In this document: piece by piece, positions 30,690-39,893 of the stretch
Layout of the letters: each line of letters opens with the position of its first letter
Numbering within the stretch: position 1 is the first letter of the stretch
Assembly (NCBI GenBank): GCA_041483195.1
Contig: JBGPFC010000016.1
Location: 22,004 to 86,003 of the forward strand
Reading direction: 5' to 3'
DNA: 64,000 bases
Source: Candidatus Eiseniibacteriota bacterium
Lineage (GTDB): Bacteria; Eisenbacteria; RBG-16-71-46
Notes under the pieces: model-generated
Database searches by the model: none
What the model was told of the DNA's origin: nothing
Seen by the model: only the letters and a program-made list of their open reading frames with translations
Position numbers and translations under genes: made by a program

Positions 30690-31670
30690 TCAAGCGCGCT
30701 GCGCGTTGAGCTCCCGCACCGCGCGCGCGAGCGCCGGCACGATCTCGAACAGGTCCCCCACCACGCCGTAGTCCGCGACCTTGAAGATGGGCGCATCCGG
30801 ATCTTTGTTGATAGCCACGATGCAACGCGACGACGACATCCCGGCCAGGTGCTGGATCGCGCCCGAGATCCCCACCGCGACGTAGAGCTTGGGCGAAACC
30901 GTCTTGCCGGTCTGGCCCACCTGATCGGCGTGCGGGCGCCAGCCCGCGTCCACCACGGCGCGCGATGCGCCGACCGTCGCGCCCAGCGCGTCTGCGAGTT
31001 CCTCGATCAGATGGAAATTCTCGGGGCCCTTGAGCCCGCGGCCGCCCGAGACGATGATCTCGGACTCCGTGAGGTCGATCTTGCCGCCCGCGGAGGCCGC
31101 GGTCCGCACGACGCGCGCGCGGTAGGTGGCCGGATCGTAATCGAGCGCGAGCGGTTCCACCGCCGCGACGCCGCCCGGATGGCTCACCGCCGCGAAGATC
31201 TTGGGGCGCAGCGACACCAGCGCCGGGGTGTGCGGAAAGGCCACGGTCTGGAGCGCCTTGCCCGCGAAGACCGGGCGGGTCGCGACCAGACGGCCGCCGG
31301 AGGCCGAAAGCGCCGTGCAGTCCGACGCGAGCCCCAGGCCGAGCCGCGCGGCGACGCGCGGGGCGAGATCGCGCCCCATCGCCGAAGCGGCGAACAGCAC
31401 GACCGAAGGCGTGAGTGCCGCGATCGCGGCCGCGACCGCATGGGCGTAACCCTCCGCGTGGTAGAAGGCGAAGGCGTCGTGACGCGCGAAGAGCACGCGC
31501 GCCGCGCCCGCTTCACCCAGGCCCGAGAGCCCGGGGTCGGCGGCGGCCGCGCACACGCCCACCACCTCGCCTCCCAGCGCTCCGGCGAGGCGGGTGGCCT
31601 CGCCCAGCACCTCGCGCGCGCCGCTGCGCACGTGCCCGTCGCGCTGCTCGATGACCGCCAGGATGCTCAT
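30690..31670 (-). CDS. etfA: Electron transfer flavoprotein subunit alpha
   Basis: [41 protein letters not shown]. Confidence 0.95.
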   Translation of the reverse strand: MSILAVIEQRDGHVRSGAREVLGEATRLAGALGGEVVGVCAAAADPGLSGLGEAGAARVLFARHDAFAFYHAEGYAHAVAAAIAALTPSVVLFAASAMGRDLAPRVAARLGLGLASDCTALSASGGRLVATRPVFAGKALQTVAFPHTPALVSLRPKIFAAVSHPGGVAAVEPLALDYDPATYRARVVRTAASAGGKIDLTESEIIVSGGRGLKGPENFHLIEELADALGATVGASRAVVDAGWRPHADQVGQTGKTVSPKLYVAVGISGAIQHLAGMSSSRCIVAINKDPDAPIFKVADYGVVGDLFEIVPALARAVRELNAQRA

Positions 31671-31680
31671 CGCCGCCCTC

Positions 31681-32430
31681 TCAGATCGCCCGCGCTTCGT
31701 CGCGCAGGACACGCACCAGCACGGGCACGGCGTCCACGCCCTGGCCGACGATCCGCCCCGGAGGGCGCGCGGGCGGCAGCGCGAGCGACACGATCTCGAG
31801 CGCGCTCCCGCCCGGCACCGCCGGTTTCTCGTCGATGGTCTTCTTCTTCGCCGCCATGATGCCCTTGAGCGAGGCGTAACGGGGCTGGTTGAGTCCCTTC
31901 TCGGTCGTGAACACGGCGGGCAGTGTGACCTCGACGACCTCGCGGCCGCCCTCGATCTCGCGCTCGGCGACCGCGCGCGCGCCATCGAGCGCGAAAGACC
32001 CCACCACGGTGACGCAGGGGAGACCGAGCAATTGAGCGAGCATCGGCCCCACCTGGGCCGCGTCGTCATCCACCGCCTGTTTTCCGAGCCACACGAGCTC
32101 GGGAGCGAGCGCACCGATCTCGGCCGCCAGGGCGCGCGCGATCTGAAGGGGATCGAGCGCGGCGTCGGCGCGCAGGTGCACGGCGCGGTCCGCGCCCATG
32201 GCGAGCGCGCTGCGGAGCGTGGTCTGCACCGTGGGTCCGCCGAGCGAGACCACGACGACCTCTCCAGCGCCCTGCTTCTCGCGGATCGAGAGGGCCTGTT
32301 CGACCGCGATTTCGTCGTACGGGTTCAGGATCCACGTGACGCCCGCGGGATCGAGGCTCCTGCCGTCTGGCGCGACGCGGACCCGGGTCTCGGTATCCGC
32401 CACCTGCTTGATGCAGACCACCTGAAGCAC
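31681..32430 (-). CDS. etfB: Electron transfer flavoprotein subunit beta
   Basis: VCIKQVAD, NPYDEIAVE, ALAMGAD, GKQAVD, PRYASLKGIMAAKKK; GTG start 32430. Confidence 0.93.
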   Translation of the reverse strand: MLQVVCIKQVADTETRVRVAPDGRSLDPAGVTWILNPYDEIAVEQALSIREKQGAGEVVVVSLGGPTVQTTLRSALAMGADRAVHLRADAALDPLQIARALAAEIGALAPELVWLGKQAVDDDAAQVGPMLAQLLGLPCVTVVGSFALDGARAVAEREIEGGREVVEVTLPAVFTTEKGLNQPRYASLKGIMAAKKKTIDEKPAVPGGSALEIVSLALPPARPPGRIVGQGVDAVPVLVRVLRDEARAI

Positions 32431-32764
32431 GGAAGCCCTCGTCTCATGAGCCGGCGCGAGCCGCGGAACTTTGGTCAAACTTTCACAATCTGACTCGCAG
32501 GCCGCGTTGGCGCGGCCTGGCGGGTATCCAGCGGCGCAGTCTCGCTGCTCTCCGCGCGGAGTGTCAAGCGACCACGGGGTCCGCGCCGCGCCGCGCCGGG
32601 ACCCGTTCCGTCGCGAAATGTCGCCGCGATCGTCGCCGGGTACCGCAAACGCATCCCGGATTCCGGGGCACATGCGCATTGACGCTCGCGGCCACCCTGT
32701 GTCAGGCTTTTTGTGGTTTGGTTCGCCCGATCCATTTGGCCAGCCCCTGGGGACGGAGGATCCG

Positions 32765-33352
32765 TTGAAAACCATCAGCGCCATCGTCGAGATCGAGGAG
32801 TTGGGCCGCCGAATCCGCAAGCTCCGCCTCGACTGCCGGATGACACTCAAACAGGTCGAAAAGTCCTCCGGCCTGTCCGCCACGCACCTCTCCGAGATCG
32901 AGCGGGGCCGCACCTCCCCGACGATTGGCGCGCTGGTCCGCATCGCGCGGGCGCTCCATCGCGACGCCTCGTACTTCATCGAGCGCGAGGAGCGCACCGA
33001 AGTCGCTCACCAGACGTACGAGCGCGTGCAGCGATTGGCTCCGAGCCCCGGGGTGACGGCCGAGGTGCTCACGCCGGGCATTCCAGGCAGCAGGATCTTC
33101 AGCTACCGCCTGCTCCTCGGCGCATCGCCCCGCTCCGAATTGAAGCTTCCCACCCACGAGATTCCGGGTGACGCGCTCTACTACGTGCGCCAGGGCGCGA
33201 TCGACGTCGAGTTCGGGGACCAGCGGGTCACGCTCTCGGCCGGGGACTCTGCTCAGGCCACGTTCGCGGTGCCGCATCGCGTGCGCGCGGCGCACGGCGC
33301 CGACGCAGAAGTCATCGCCATTCTCACGCGCTCGCTGGACGAACAGCCATGA
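32765..33352 (+). CDS. XRE-family HTH regulator with cupin-like C-terminal domain
   Basis: LGRRIRKLR...LSATHLSEIERGRTSPT; TTG start after GGAGG. Confidence 0.85.
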   Translation: MKTISAIVEIEELGRRIRKLRLDCRMTLKQVEKSSGLSATHLSEIERGRTSPTIGALVRIARALHRDASYFIEREERTEVAHQTYERVQRLAPSPGVTAEVLTPGIPGSRIFSYRLLLGASPRSELKLPTHEIPGDALYYVRQGAIDVEFGDQRVTLSAGDSAQATFAVPHRVRAAHGADAEVIAILTRSLDEQP

Positions 33353-33392
33353 GACCGCGCCAGAGTACCGCATCCATCCACGGAGAACGCGC

Positions 33393-34019
33393 ATGACACA
33401 CGAGACCCACGCGATCCTCGAATCCGCCGGCGCCGAAGGCACGCATCCGCTCCGGCCGCGCGATCCCTCGCCCACCGAGCTCGGCCGCCGCATCAAGCTG
33501 TTGCGTGTCTCGCGCGGACTCACGCTCAAGGATCTCGAGGAGCGCGGCGGCATCTCGGCCACCCACGTTTCGGAGATCGAGCGCGGCAAGGCGTCGCCGA
33601 CGGTGGGCGCGCTCGGACGGATCGCGCGCGCGCTCGGCATGCGACCGGCGACGCTGGTCGAGCCCTACGTGCTGCCCGAGGTCACCGTCATGCGCGCGCA
33701 GGACCGCGAAGGACGCTTCGTGCAGTGGGGCTCCGCGCGGCTCGCGCCGCTCACAGAGCCCGTGCAGTGCGCGCTGGTGAGCGCGCAGCTGCTCACCCTC
33801 CCGATCGGCCGCGAGCCGGCACTCTCGCACTGTCACGAGGGCGAGGAGTGGGTGACCGTGTTGTCGGGCGTCGCGGAGATCCGCGTCGACGGCGAGCAAT
33901 TCGTATTGCGCGAGGGCGAGTCGCTCCACTTCCGCTCCCATCGCCAGCATTCGTATTCGAATCTCGCGTCGAGCCCCGCGCTGCTGCTGATGGCGAGCCG
34001 CCCGAGACTGGCGCTCTAG
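33393..34019 (+). CDS. XRE-family HTH regulator with cupin domain
   Basis: LGRRIKLLR...ISATHVSEIERGKASPT; HEGEE...H cupin motif. Confidence 0.87.
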   Translation: MTHETHAILESAGAEGTHPLRPRDPSPTELGRRIKLLRVSRGLTLKDLEERGGISATHVSEIERGKASPTVGALGRIARALGMRPATLVEPYVLPEVTVMRAQDREGRFVQWGSARLAPLTEPVQCALVSAQLLTLPIGREPALSHCHEGEEWVTVLSGVAEIRVDGEQFVLREGESLHFRSHRQHSYSNLASSPALLLMASRPRLAL

Positions 34020-34038
34020 CCCCGCGCGGCGGGCGCGT

Positions 34039-35334
34039 TCACCATTCCAGCCGATCGTCCGCGCGCCGCGCGGCGAGCTCGCCCGGCGTCTCGCCGGCCC
34101 GCGCGCGACGCAGCATCGCCCCTTCGATCACCAGCTCGGCGAGCCGTCCGCGGCCGTTGTAGTTGGACGCCATCGAAGCGCCATACGCTCCGGCGTCGAG
34201 CACCGCCACCAGATCGCCGGGCTCGAGCGGTGGCAGCGAGGCGGCCGCCGCGAACACGTCTCCGCTCTCGCAGACCGGACCCACCACCGTCGCCGCCACG
34301 CTCGCACCGGCGCGCGGGCGCACCGGCACGATGCGGTGCGGGGCGCCGTACAGCGCGGGCCGGATGAAATCGTTCATCCCCGCGCCGAGCACGATGAAGC
34401 GCCGCGGCGCGCCGGCTCCTGAGGCGGCCCTGTGCTTGACTCCCAGCACTTCGGCGAGCAGCACGCCGATCGGGGCCGTCATCCAGCGTCCGGGCTCGAG
34501 CACCCACTCGAGATCGCGGCCGCGTGCGCGCTCGGCCAGTCGCGCGGCGTGGCGCTCGAGCGGAAACTCCGCCCCCGCGCCGGAGTAGTCGACGCCGAAT
34601 CCCCCGCCGAGATTGACGAACGCGAGCGGCGCCCCGCGCCGCGCGGAAGCATCCACGAGCGCGAGCCCGGCCTCGGCCGCGGCTTCGAGCGGCGCAGGAT
34701 CGAGCAGCTGCGAGCCCACGTGCAGGTGGAGGCCATCGAGCGCGAGATGCGGCCAGCGCGGCCGTCCCTCCCACGCCGCGAGCGCGTCCGCCTCGCTCAT
34801 TCCGAACTTCGCGTCGTCGCCGCCGGTCGCGACGTAGGGGTGCCCGGGGATCTCGATGCCCGGGTTCACGCGCAGCGCGACACGCACCCTGGATCCGGCG
34901 GACGCCGCCGCCCGCTCGAGCAGGTCGAGCTCCGGGACCGCGTCCGCGTTGACGGAGTGCGCCCCCTCCCGCGCCACCCACGCCGCTTCCTCGCGCGTGC
35001 GCCCGTTGCCGTTGAGCACGCGGCACGCCGGGGCGAAGCCCGCCGCGCGCACCAGCTCGAGCTCGCCGAGCGAGCCCGCGTCCGCGCCCAGCCCGGCGGC
35101 GCGCGCGCGATCGAGCAGCGCCGGCAGCCCGTTCGCCTTGACCGCGAGCGCGACCAGCGGATCGAGCGCTGCGAAGGCCGCGCGGAAGCGCCGCGCGCGG
35201 GCGTCGAACGCATCGAGATCGTACACCCAGCACGCGTGCGCGTCGGGCTCGAGCCGGCGCAGCGCTTCGAACGCCCGGTCGAGCGGGACTCCGCCGAGCG
35301 CGAGCGCGGCGCCCCCCGGATCCGACCCGCTCAC
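34039..35334 (-). CDS. lysA: Diaminopimelate decarboxylase
   Basis: AVKAN (PLP Lys), RVNP, KFG, HVGSQ, NLGGG, EPGR, RPALYGA, GPVCESGD, GAYG...NYN. Confidence 0.9.
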   Translation of the reverse strand: MSGSDPGGAALALGGVPLDRAFEALRRLEPDAHACWVYDLDAFDARARRFRAAFAALDPLVALAVKANGLPALLDRARAAGLGADAGSLGELELVRAAGFAPACRVLNGNGRTREEAAWVAREGAHSVNADAVPELDLLERAAASAGSRVRVALRVNPGIEIPGHPYVATGGDDAKFGMSEADALAAWEGRPRWPHLALDGLHLHVGSQLLDPAPLEAAAEAGLALVDASARRGAPLAFVNLGGGFGVDYSGAGAEFPLERHAARLAERARGRDLEWVLEPGRWMTAPIGVLLAEVLGVKHRAASGAGAPRRFIVLGAGMNDFIRPALYGAPHRIVPVRPRAGASVAATVVGPVCESGDVFAAAASLPPLEPGDLVAVLDAGAYGASMASNYNGRGRLAELVIEGAMLRRARAGETPGELAARRADDRLEW

Positions 35335-35948
35335 CGGCCGGGCTCCGCGCGCGCGATCGAGTCGATGCGCCTCCGCGCCTCCTCGAGGTCGGCGGGCGTG
35401 TTGAGGTTGAAGAACGGGTCGTCTCCGCCGATCCGCGCGCTCGCGGCCTCATCCAGCAGCAGCGCATCGAGCGCGAGCACGGCGGGCGTGAGGGCACGTT
35501 CGCCGCGCGCGAGCGCCGCCGCGAGCGCCGGCGCGGCGGCGGGGGCGTAAGCCGCCGCCAGCGGCTGCGGCACGCCGCGCGGCGACGGCAGCGCCGCAGC
35601 ATGGCCGGGCAGGCATGCGAGCATCGCCCCGAGCGCCGCGGGCGACATGAACGGAAAATCCACGCCGAGCGCGACCGCCCGATCGAACGGCCGCGCCGCG
35701 AGGCCCGCGACCAGTCCCGCGAGCGGACCCCCGGCGCCCGCCACGTCGTCGACGCGCGCATAGGCATGGCGCGGCAGCTCGCACCCGCGCGGCGCAGCGA
35801 TCACGATCGCGTCGCAGACCGACTCGAGCACGCGGACCGCGCGGGCGAGCAGCGAGACCCCGCCGACCTCCGCGAACGCCTTGGGTCCCGCGAGCCCGAG
35901 GCGGGCGCCGCGCCCGCCGGCCACCAGCACGCCCAGCGTGCGCTCCAT
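35331..35948 (-). CDS. mobA: Molybdenum cofactor guanylyltransferase
   Basis: LVAGG...LG...K, GPLAGL, VDFP, PL.A.Y, FFNLNTPADL. Confidence 0.88.
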   Translation of the reverse strand: MERTLGVLVAGGRGARLGLAGPKAFAEVGGVSLLARAVRVLESVCDAIVIAAPRGCELPRHAYARVDDVAGAGGPLAGLVAGLAARPFDRAVALGVDFPFMSPAALGAMLACLPGHAAALPSPRGVPQPLAAAYAPAAAPALAAALARGERALTPAVLALDALLLDEAASARIGGDDPFFNLNTPADLEEARRRIDSIARAEPGR

Positions 35949-35949
35949 G

Positions 35950-36933
35950 TCAGTATCCCGCCCGCTTGTCCACGACGTTGGCCAGCGGCCGAGAGTCGAG
36001 GTACGCGCGCAGGTTGCCCGCGAACAATTCGACGGCGCGTTCCCAGTACCGCGGCCCGAGACCCGAGACGTGCGGCGTCGCGATCACCTGTGGCATGGAC
36101 CACAGCGCGCTCTCCGCCGCGAGCGGCTCGCGGCGGAACACGTCGAGCGCCGCGCCGGCGATGCCGCCCGAGCGCAGGGCGTCGATCAGCGCGTCTTCGT
36201 CCACCAGGTCGCCGCGGCCCAGGTTGACGAGCAACGCGCCGGGCCGCATGCGCGCGATCCGGTCGCGACTCATCAACCCGCGCGTCTCCGCCGTGAGCGG
36301 CGCCGCGAGTACGAGGATGTCGGCGCGCGCGACCAGCGCATCGAGGCGCTCGACCCCCCACTGCTCGTCGGCGGGCGCGGGCGGCGAGGACGGATGGTGG
36401 CGCACCGCGATCACGTGGAGGCCGAGGGCGCGCGCGCGACTCGCGATCGCGGAGCCCACCGCGCCGAGCCCCACCAGGCCGAGGGTCTTCCCCGAGAGCT
36501 CGCCGATCGGCGGCGCGTCCGTCCACAGCGAGCGCTGCGTCCAGCGACGCTCGTGCTGCGCGTCGCGGGCGAGATGCAGCTTGCGGGTGAACGCGAGGAT
36601 CACGCCCAGCGTGTGCTCGGCCATCGCGGTCGCGTGGAGCCCGCGCCCGTTGGTCAGCACGACATCGCTCTCGACCAGCGCCGGAAACAGCTGCGCCCCC
36701 GCGCCGGCGGCCGTGATCTGGATCCAGCGCAGCATCGAGGCGGAGGCGAAATTGTCGGCGGTCACCGCCCAGCCGAACACCACCTCGGCGCCCGGCAGCA
36801 TCCGGTCGGCCCCGGCCTGGTCGGCCGGCGCCACGAACTCGACCGAGGGAAACGACGCCCGCAGCGAATCGACGAGGGCCGGCGGAAGATTCCATACGCC
36901 GTCCTTCGATCGATTGAATTCCAGCACGCGCAT
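35950..36933 (-). CDS. D-2-hydroxyacid dehydrogenase family protein
   Basis: LTNGRG, GLGAVG, PLTAETRGL, NLGRG, LDVF..EPL, TPHVSG. Confidence 0.9.
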   Translation of the reverse strand: MRVLEFNRSKDGVWNLPPALVDSLRASFPSVEFVAPADQAGADRMLPGAEVVFGWAVTADNFASASMLRWIQITAAGAGAQLFPALVESDVVLTNGRGLHATAMAEHTLGVILAFTRKLHLARDAQHERRWTQRSLWTDAPPIGELSGKTLGLVGLGAVGSAIASRARALGLHVIAVRHHPSSPPAPADEQWGVERLDALVARADILVLAAPLTAETRGLMSRDRIARMRPGALLVNLGRGDLVDEDALIDALRSGGIAGAALDVFRREPLAAESALWSMPQVIATPHVSGLGPRYWERAVELFAGNLRAYLDSRPLANVVDKRAGY

Positions 36934-37132
36934 GACGCTCACGGCGGCATGGTGCCACAGCGGCGCGGCGGCGCGCGAGCGGCCCGCGCGAGGCGCCGGG
37001 TACGCGGCCGGACGCGCGGGACTCGGCGCCCAACGGGCGCGTCCCACGATTCGCTTGCGCCCCGCGTGGCACCCGGATAGATTGCACGCATTCTGCGGTA
37101 ACCGACCGGTGCGAGGAGGGTGTCATTTGCAC

Positions 37133-38089
37133 ATGAGCGTGCGCCATCCGATGTCGATCGTTCTGATTGCCGCCGTCTGCTCGGCCCTCTTCGCCGGCCG
37201 CGCGATCAGCGGCCCGTGGCTCCCGGCCCCGGGCGAATACTCCACGGAGCTGCGCGGCAGCCTGTTCTCCGCAGACGACTTCCACAACCGGCTGGGCCAT
37301 CGCGAGCAGTTCGCGACCGGCGGGGTGCTCCAGCAGCGCACGGCGCTCTCGTACACCGAGTTCGGCTGGAAGAAAAACGTCAGCGCGGTGCTCGGCATTC
37401 CGGCCGTGAGCGTGACGCGGCGCAGCGGCACCGGCGCCCCGAACAACACGCAGACCGGGTTGTCGGATCTGAAGTTCGGATTGCGCTTCAAGCTGGCGGA
37501 TGGCCCCACCGCGCTCGCGTTCGAGGTGGATTACGGCGCCCCGCTCGGCTACGACCACAACGTGCGGCTCACGAGCGCTCAGCTCCGGGCGGCGGACACC
37601 ACGTTCGCGCGTGGCCTGACCGGCGGCGATTCCGCCAACGCGGTGCGGCAATCCGCACCGCCGAACCTGGGGCTGGGGCAGCAGGAAGTCACGGCGATGC
37701 TGCTCTGGGGCGCCGAGATCCGGCCGCTCAAGGGTTTCATCCAGCTCGCGCACGGATATCGTCACCTCGGCCGGGAGGTCTCTGGCCAGGCGCTGCTCGG
37801 CGCCGATCTGGGAATCTGGTTCTTCCCGCGGGTGATGATGGCCGGCCGCTACCAGGGTGCGATCCAGGTCGGTCACGGCACCACTTCCGCCGACGCGATC
37901 GAAGAACATCTGGTCGGACCGCTGCTCCTCTATCGCGTGGATGACCAGCTCGACGTCTACGCGGGATTCATGAGCACCGCGACCGGGCGGAATACGGTAC
38001 ACGCCGATCGTTACTACGTCGGAATTTCGATGAAGCAGACCGGACTCAATCGGCTTCAGGGCTTCCTGGGCGGCACGAAGCGCCCCTGA
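37133..38089 (+). CDS. Secreted protein, probable outer-membrane beta-barrel
   Basis: Signal peptide followed by GPWLPAPGE; amphipathic beta-strand-like segments (GLSDLKFGLRFKL, YYVGISMK). Confidence 0.55.
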   Translation: MSVRHPMSIVLIAAVCSALFAGRAISGPWLPAPGEYSTELRGSLFSADDFHNRLGHREQFATGGVLQQRTALSYTEFGWKKNVSAVLGIPAVSVTRRSGTGAPNNTQTGLSDLKFGLRFKLADGPTALAFEVDYGAPLGYDHNVRLTSAQLRAADTTFARGLTGGDSANAVRQSAPPNLGLGQQEVTAMLLWGAEIRPLKGFIQLAHGYRHLGREVSGQALLGADLGIWFFPRVMMAGRYQGAIQVGHGTTSADAIEEHLVGPLLLYRVDDQLDVYAGFMSTATGRNTVHADRYYVGISMKQTGLNRLQGFLGGTKRP

Positions 38090-38156
38090 AGTCCGCGCGG
38101 GCCACGCGCGGCGCGCGAGGCCGCGAATCGCCCGGGGGAGGCGACCCATTCGCTCC

Positions 38157-39893
38157 TTGAGCGCTCGGCTGGTCCCCTACCTCGCCCGCTATCGGCGCGG
38201 GCTCGCGTGGGGGCTCGCGTGCGTGGCGCTCGCCAACTTCATCGCGCTCGCGCAGCCGCAGGTGCTGTCGCACGCGGTGGACGACCTCTATCGTGGCGTC
38301 ACGGCCGAGAAGCTCGGGCGCTACGCGCTGATCCTGTTCGGGATCGCCCTGGTCGCCGGCGTGTTTCGCTACGGCATGCGCCGGGCGGTGCTCGGCATCT
38401 CGCGCGACATCGAGTTCGACCTGCGCAACGACCTGTTCGCGCATCTCCAACGGCTGCCGCTCCAGTATTTTCAGCGCACGCGCACCGGCGAGATCATGTC
38501 GCGCGCGACGAACGACCTCTCGGCGGTCCGCATGATGCTGGGCCCCGGGGTCATGTACCTGGTGAACACCGCCGTGGTCGCCGTGGTGTCGGTCGCGTTC
38601 ATGCTCGCGATCAGCCCGCGCATCACGCTCTACGCGATGCTGCCCCTGCCGCTGGTGTCGCTCTCGGCCTGGTTCTTCGGCGAGCGCATTCACCACCGCT
38701 TCGAGGAGATCCAGGCGCACTTCGCAGCGATCTCGGCCCGAGTGCAGGAGAATCTGGCCGGCGTGCGCGTGGTGCGCGCGTTCAATCGCGAGGCGGGCGA
38801 GCTCGCGGACTTCGCGGGCCTCAATCGCGAGTACCTCGATCGCAACGTCCGGCTGATCCAGACCTCCGGCGTGTTCCATCCTTCGCTCGCGTTCCTGTCG
38901 GGACTCGCGGCGCTGCTCGGCCTCTACCTGGGCGGGCGGGAGGTGGTCGGCTCGCGGATCACGCTCGGGCAGTTCGTGGCGTTCACCGTGTACCTCGCGA
39001 TGCTCAACTGGCCGATGGTCGCGCTGGGCTGGGTCATCAGCCTGTTTCAGCGCGGGGCGGCCTCCTTCGCCCGCCTCACCGAGATCCTCGACGTGGTCCC
39101 CGAGATCGCGAGCCCGCCGGGCGGCATCGTCCCCGCGCGCTGCCGCGGTGAGATCGAGTTCCGGGATCTCACGTTCACCTATCCGGGAGCGGACCGGCCC
39201 GCGCTGCGCGGGATCTCCTTCACAGTCCCCGCCGGCAGGACCGTGGCGCTGGTGGGCCACACCGGATCGGGAAAGAGCACGCTGCTCGCGTTGATCCCGC
39301 GCGTCTTCGACCCGCCCCCGGGCACGGTGTTCCTCGACGGGGCCGACGTGCGCACGTTGGACCTCGAGGCGCTGCGCGCGCAGATCGCGCCGGCCCCGCA
39401 GGAGACGTTCCTGTTCTCCGCCACGATCGCCGAGAACATCGCGTACGGCGTGGAGCGCTGCGATGCGCCGGCCGTCGAGCGCGCCGCGGGCGTCGCGCAC
39501 CTCGACGGAGACGTGTCCGGCTTCCCGGCGGGCTACGCGACGCAGGTCGGCGAGCGCGGCATCACGCTCTCGGGGGGACAGAAGCAGCGGGTCGCGATCG
39601 CCCGCGCGGTACTGCGCGACGCTTCGGTGCTCATGCTCGACGACTGCCTGTCGAGCGTGGACACGCAGACCGAGGAGGCGATCCTGACGGGCCTGCGGCG
39701 CGAGATGCGCCGCCGCACCACCCTGATCGTTTCGCATCGCGTCAGCACCGTGCACGACGCGGATCTCATTTTGGTCCTCGAGGACGGGGCGATCGTCGAG
39801 CGTGGCGACCACGCCGCCCTGCTCGAACGCGGCGGGCGCTACGCCACCCTGTGGCGCGAGCAGCAGATCGAAGAGGAGCTCGAAGCTTCGTGA
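38157..39893 (+). CDS. ABC exporter ATP-binding/permease, MdlA-like half of a heterodimer
   Basis: TMD plus GHTGSGKS, LSGGQKQR, degenerate Walker B LDDCLS. Confidence 0.92.
   Translation: MSARLVPYLARYRRGLAWGLACVALANFIALAQPQVLSHAVDDLYRGVTAEKLGRYALILFGIALVAGVFRYGMRRAVLGISRDIEFDLRNDLFAHLQRLPLQYFQRTRTGEIMSRATNDLSAVRMMLGPGVMYLVNTAVVAVVSVAFMLAISPRITLYAMLPLPLVSLSAWFFGERIHHRFEEIQAHFAAISARVQENLAGVRVVRAFNREAGELADFAGLNREYLDRNVRLIQTSGVFHPSLAFLSGLAALLGLYLGGREVVGSRITLGQFVAFTVYLAMLNWPMVALGWVISLFQRGAASFARLTEILDVVPEIASPPGGIVPARCRGEIEFRDLTFTYPGADRPALRGISFTVPAGRTVALVGHTGSGKSTLLALIPRVFDPPPGTVFLDGADVRTLDLEALRAQIAPAPQETFLFSATIAENIAYGVERCDAPAVERAAGVAHLDGDVSGFPAGYATQVGERGITLSGGQKQRVAIARAVLRDASVLMLDDCLSSVDTQTEEAILTGLRREMRRRTTLIVSHRVSTVHDADLILVLEDGAIVERGDHAALLERGGRYATLWREQQIEEELEAS

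Noticed and set aside
37067..37086. Possible sigma54 promoter TGGCAC...TTGCA upstream of the barrel-like gene
   Set aside because: The GG-to-GC spacing is longer than the strict -24/-12 requirement
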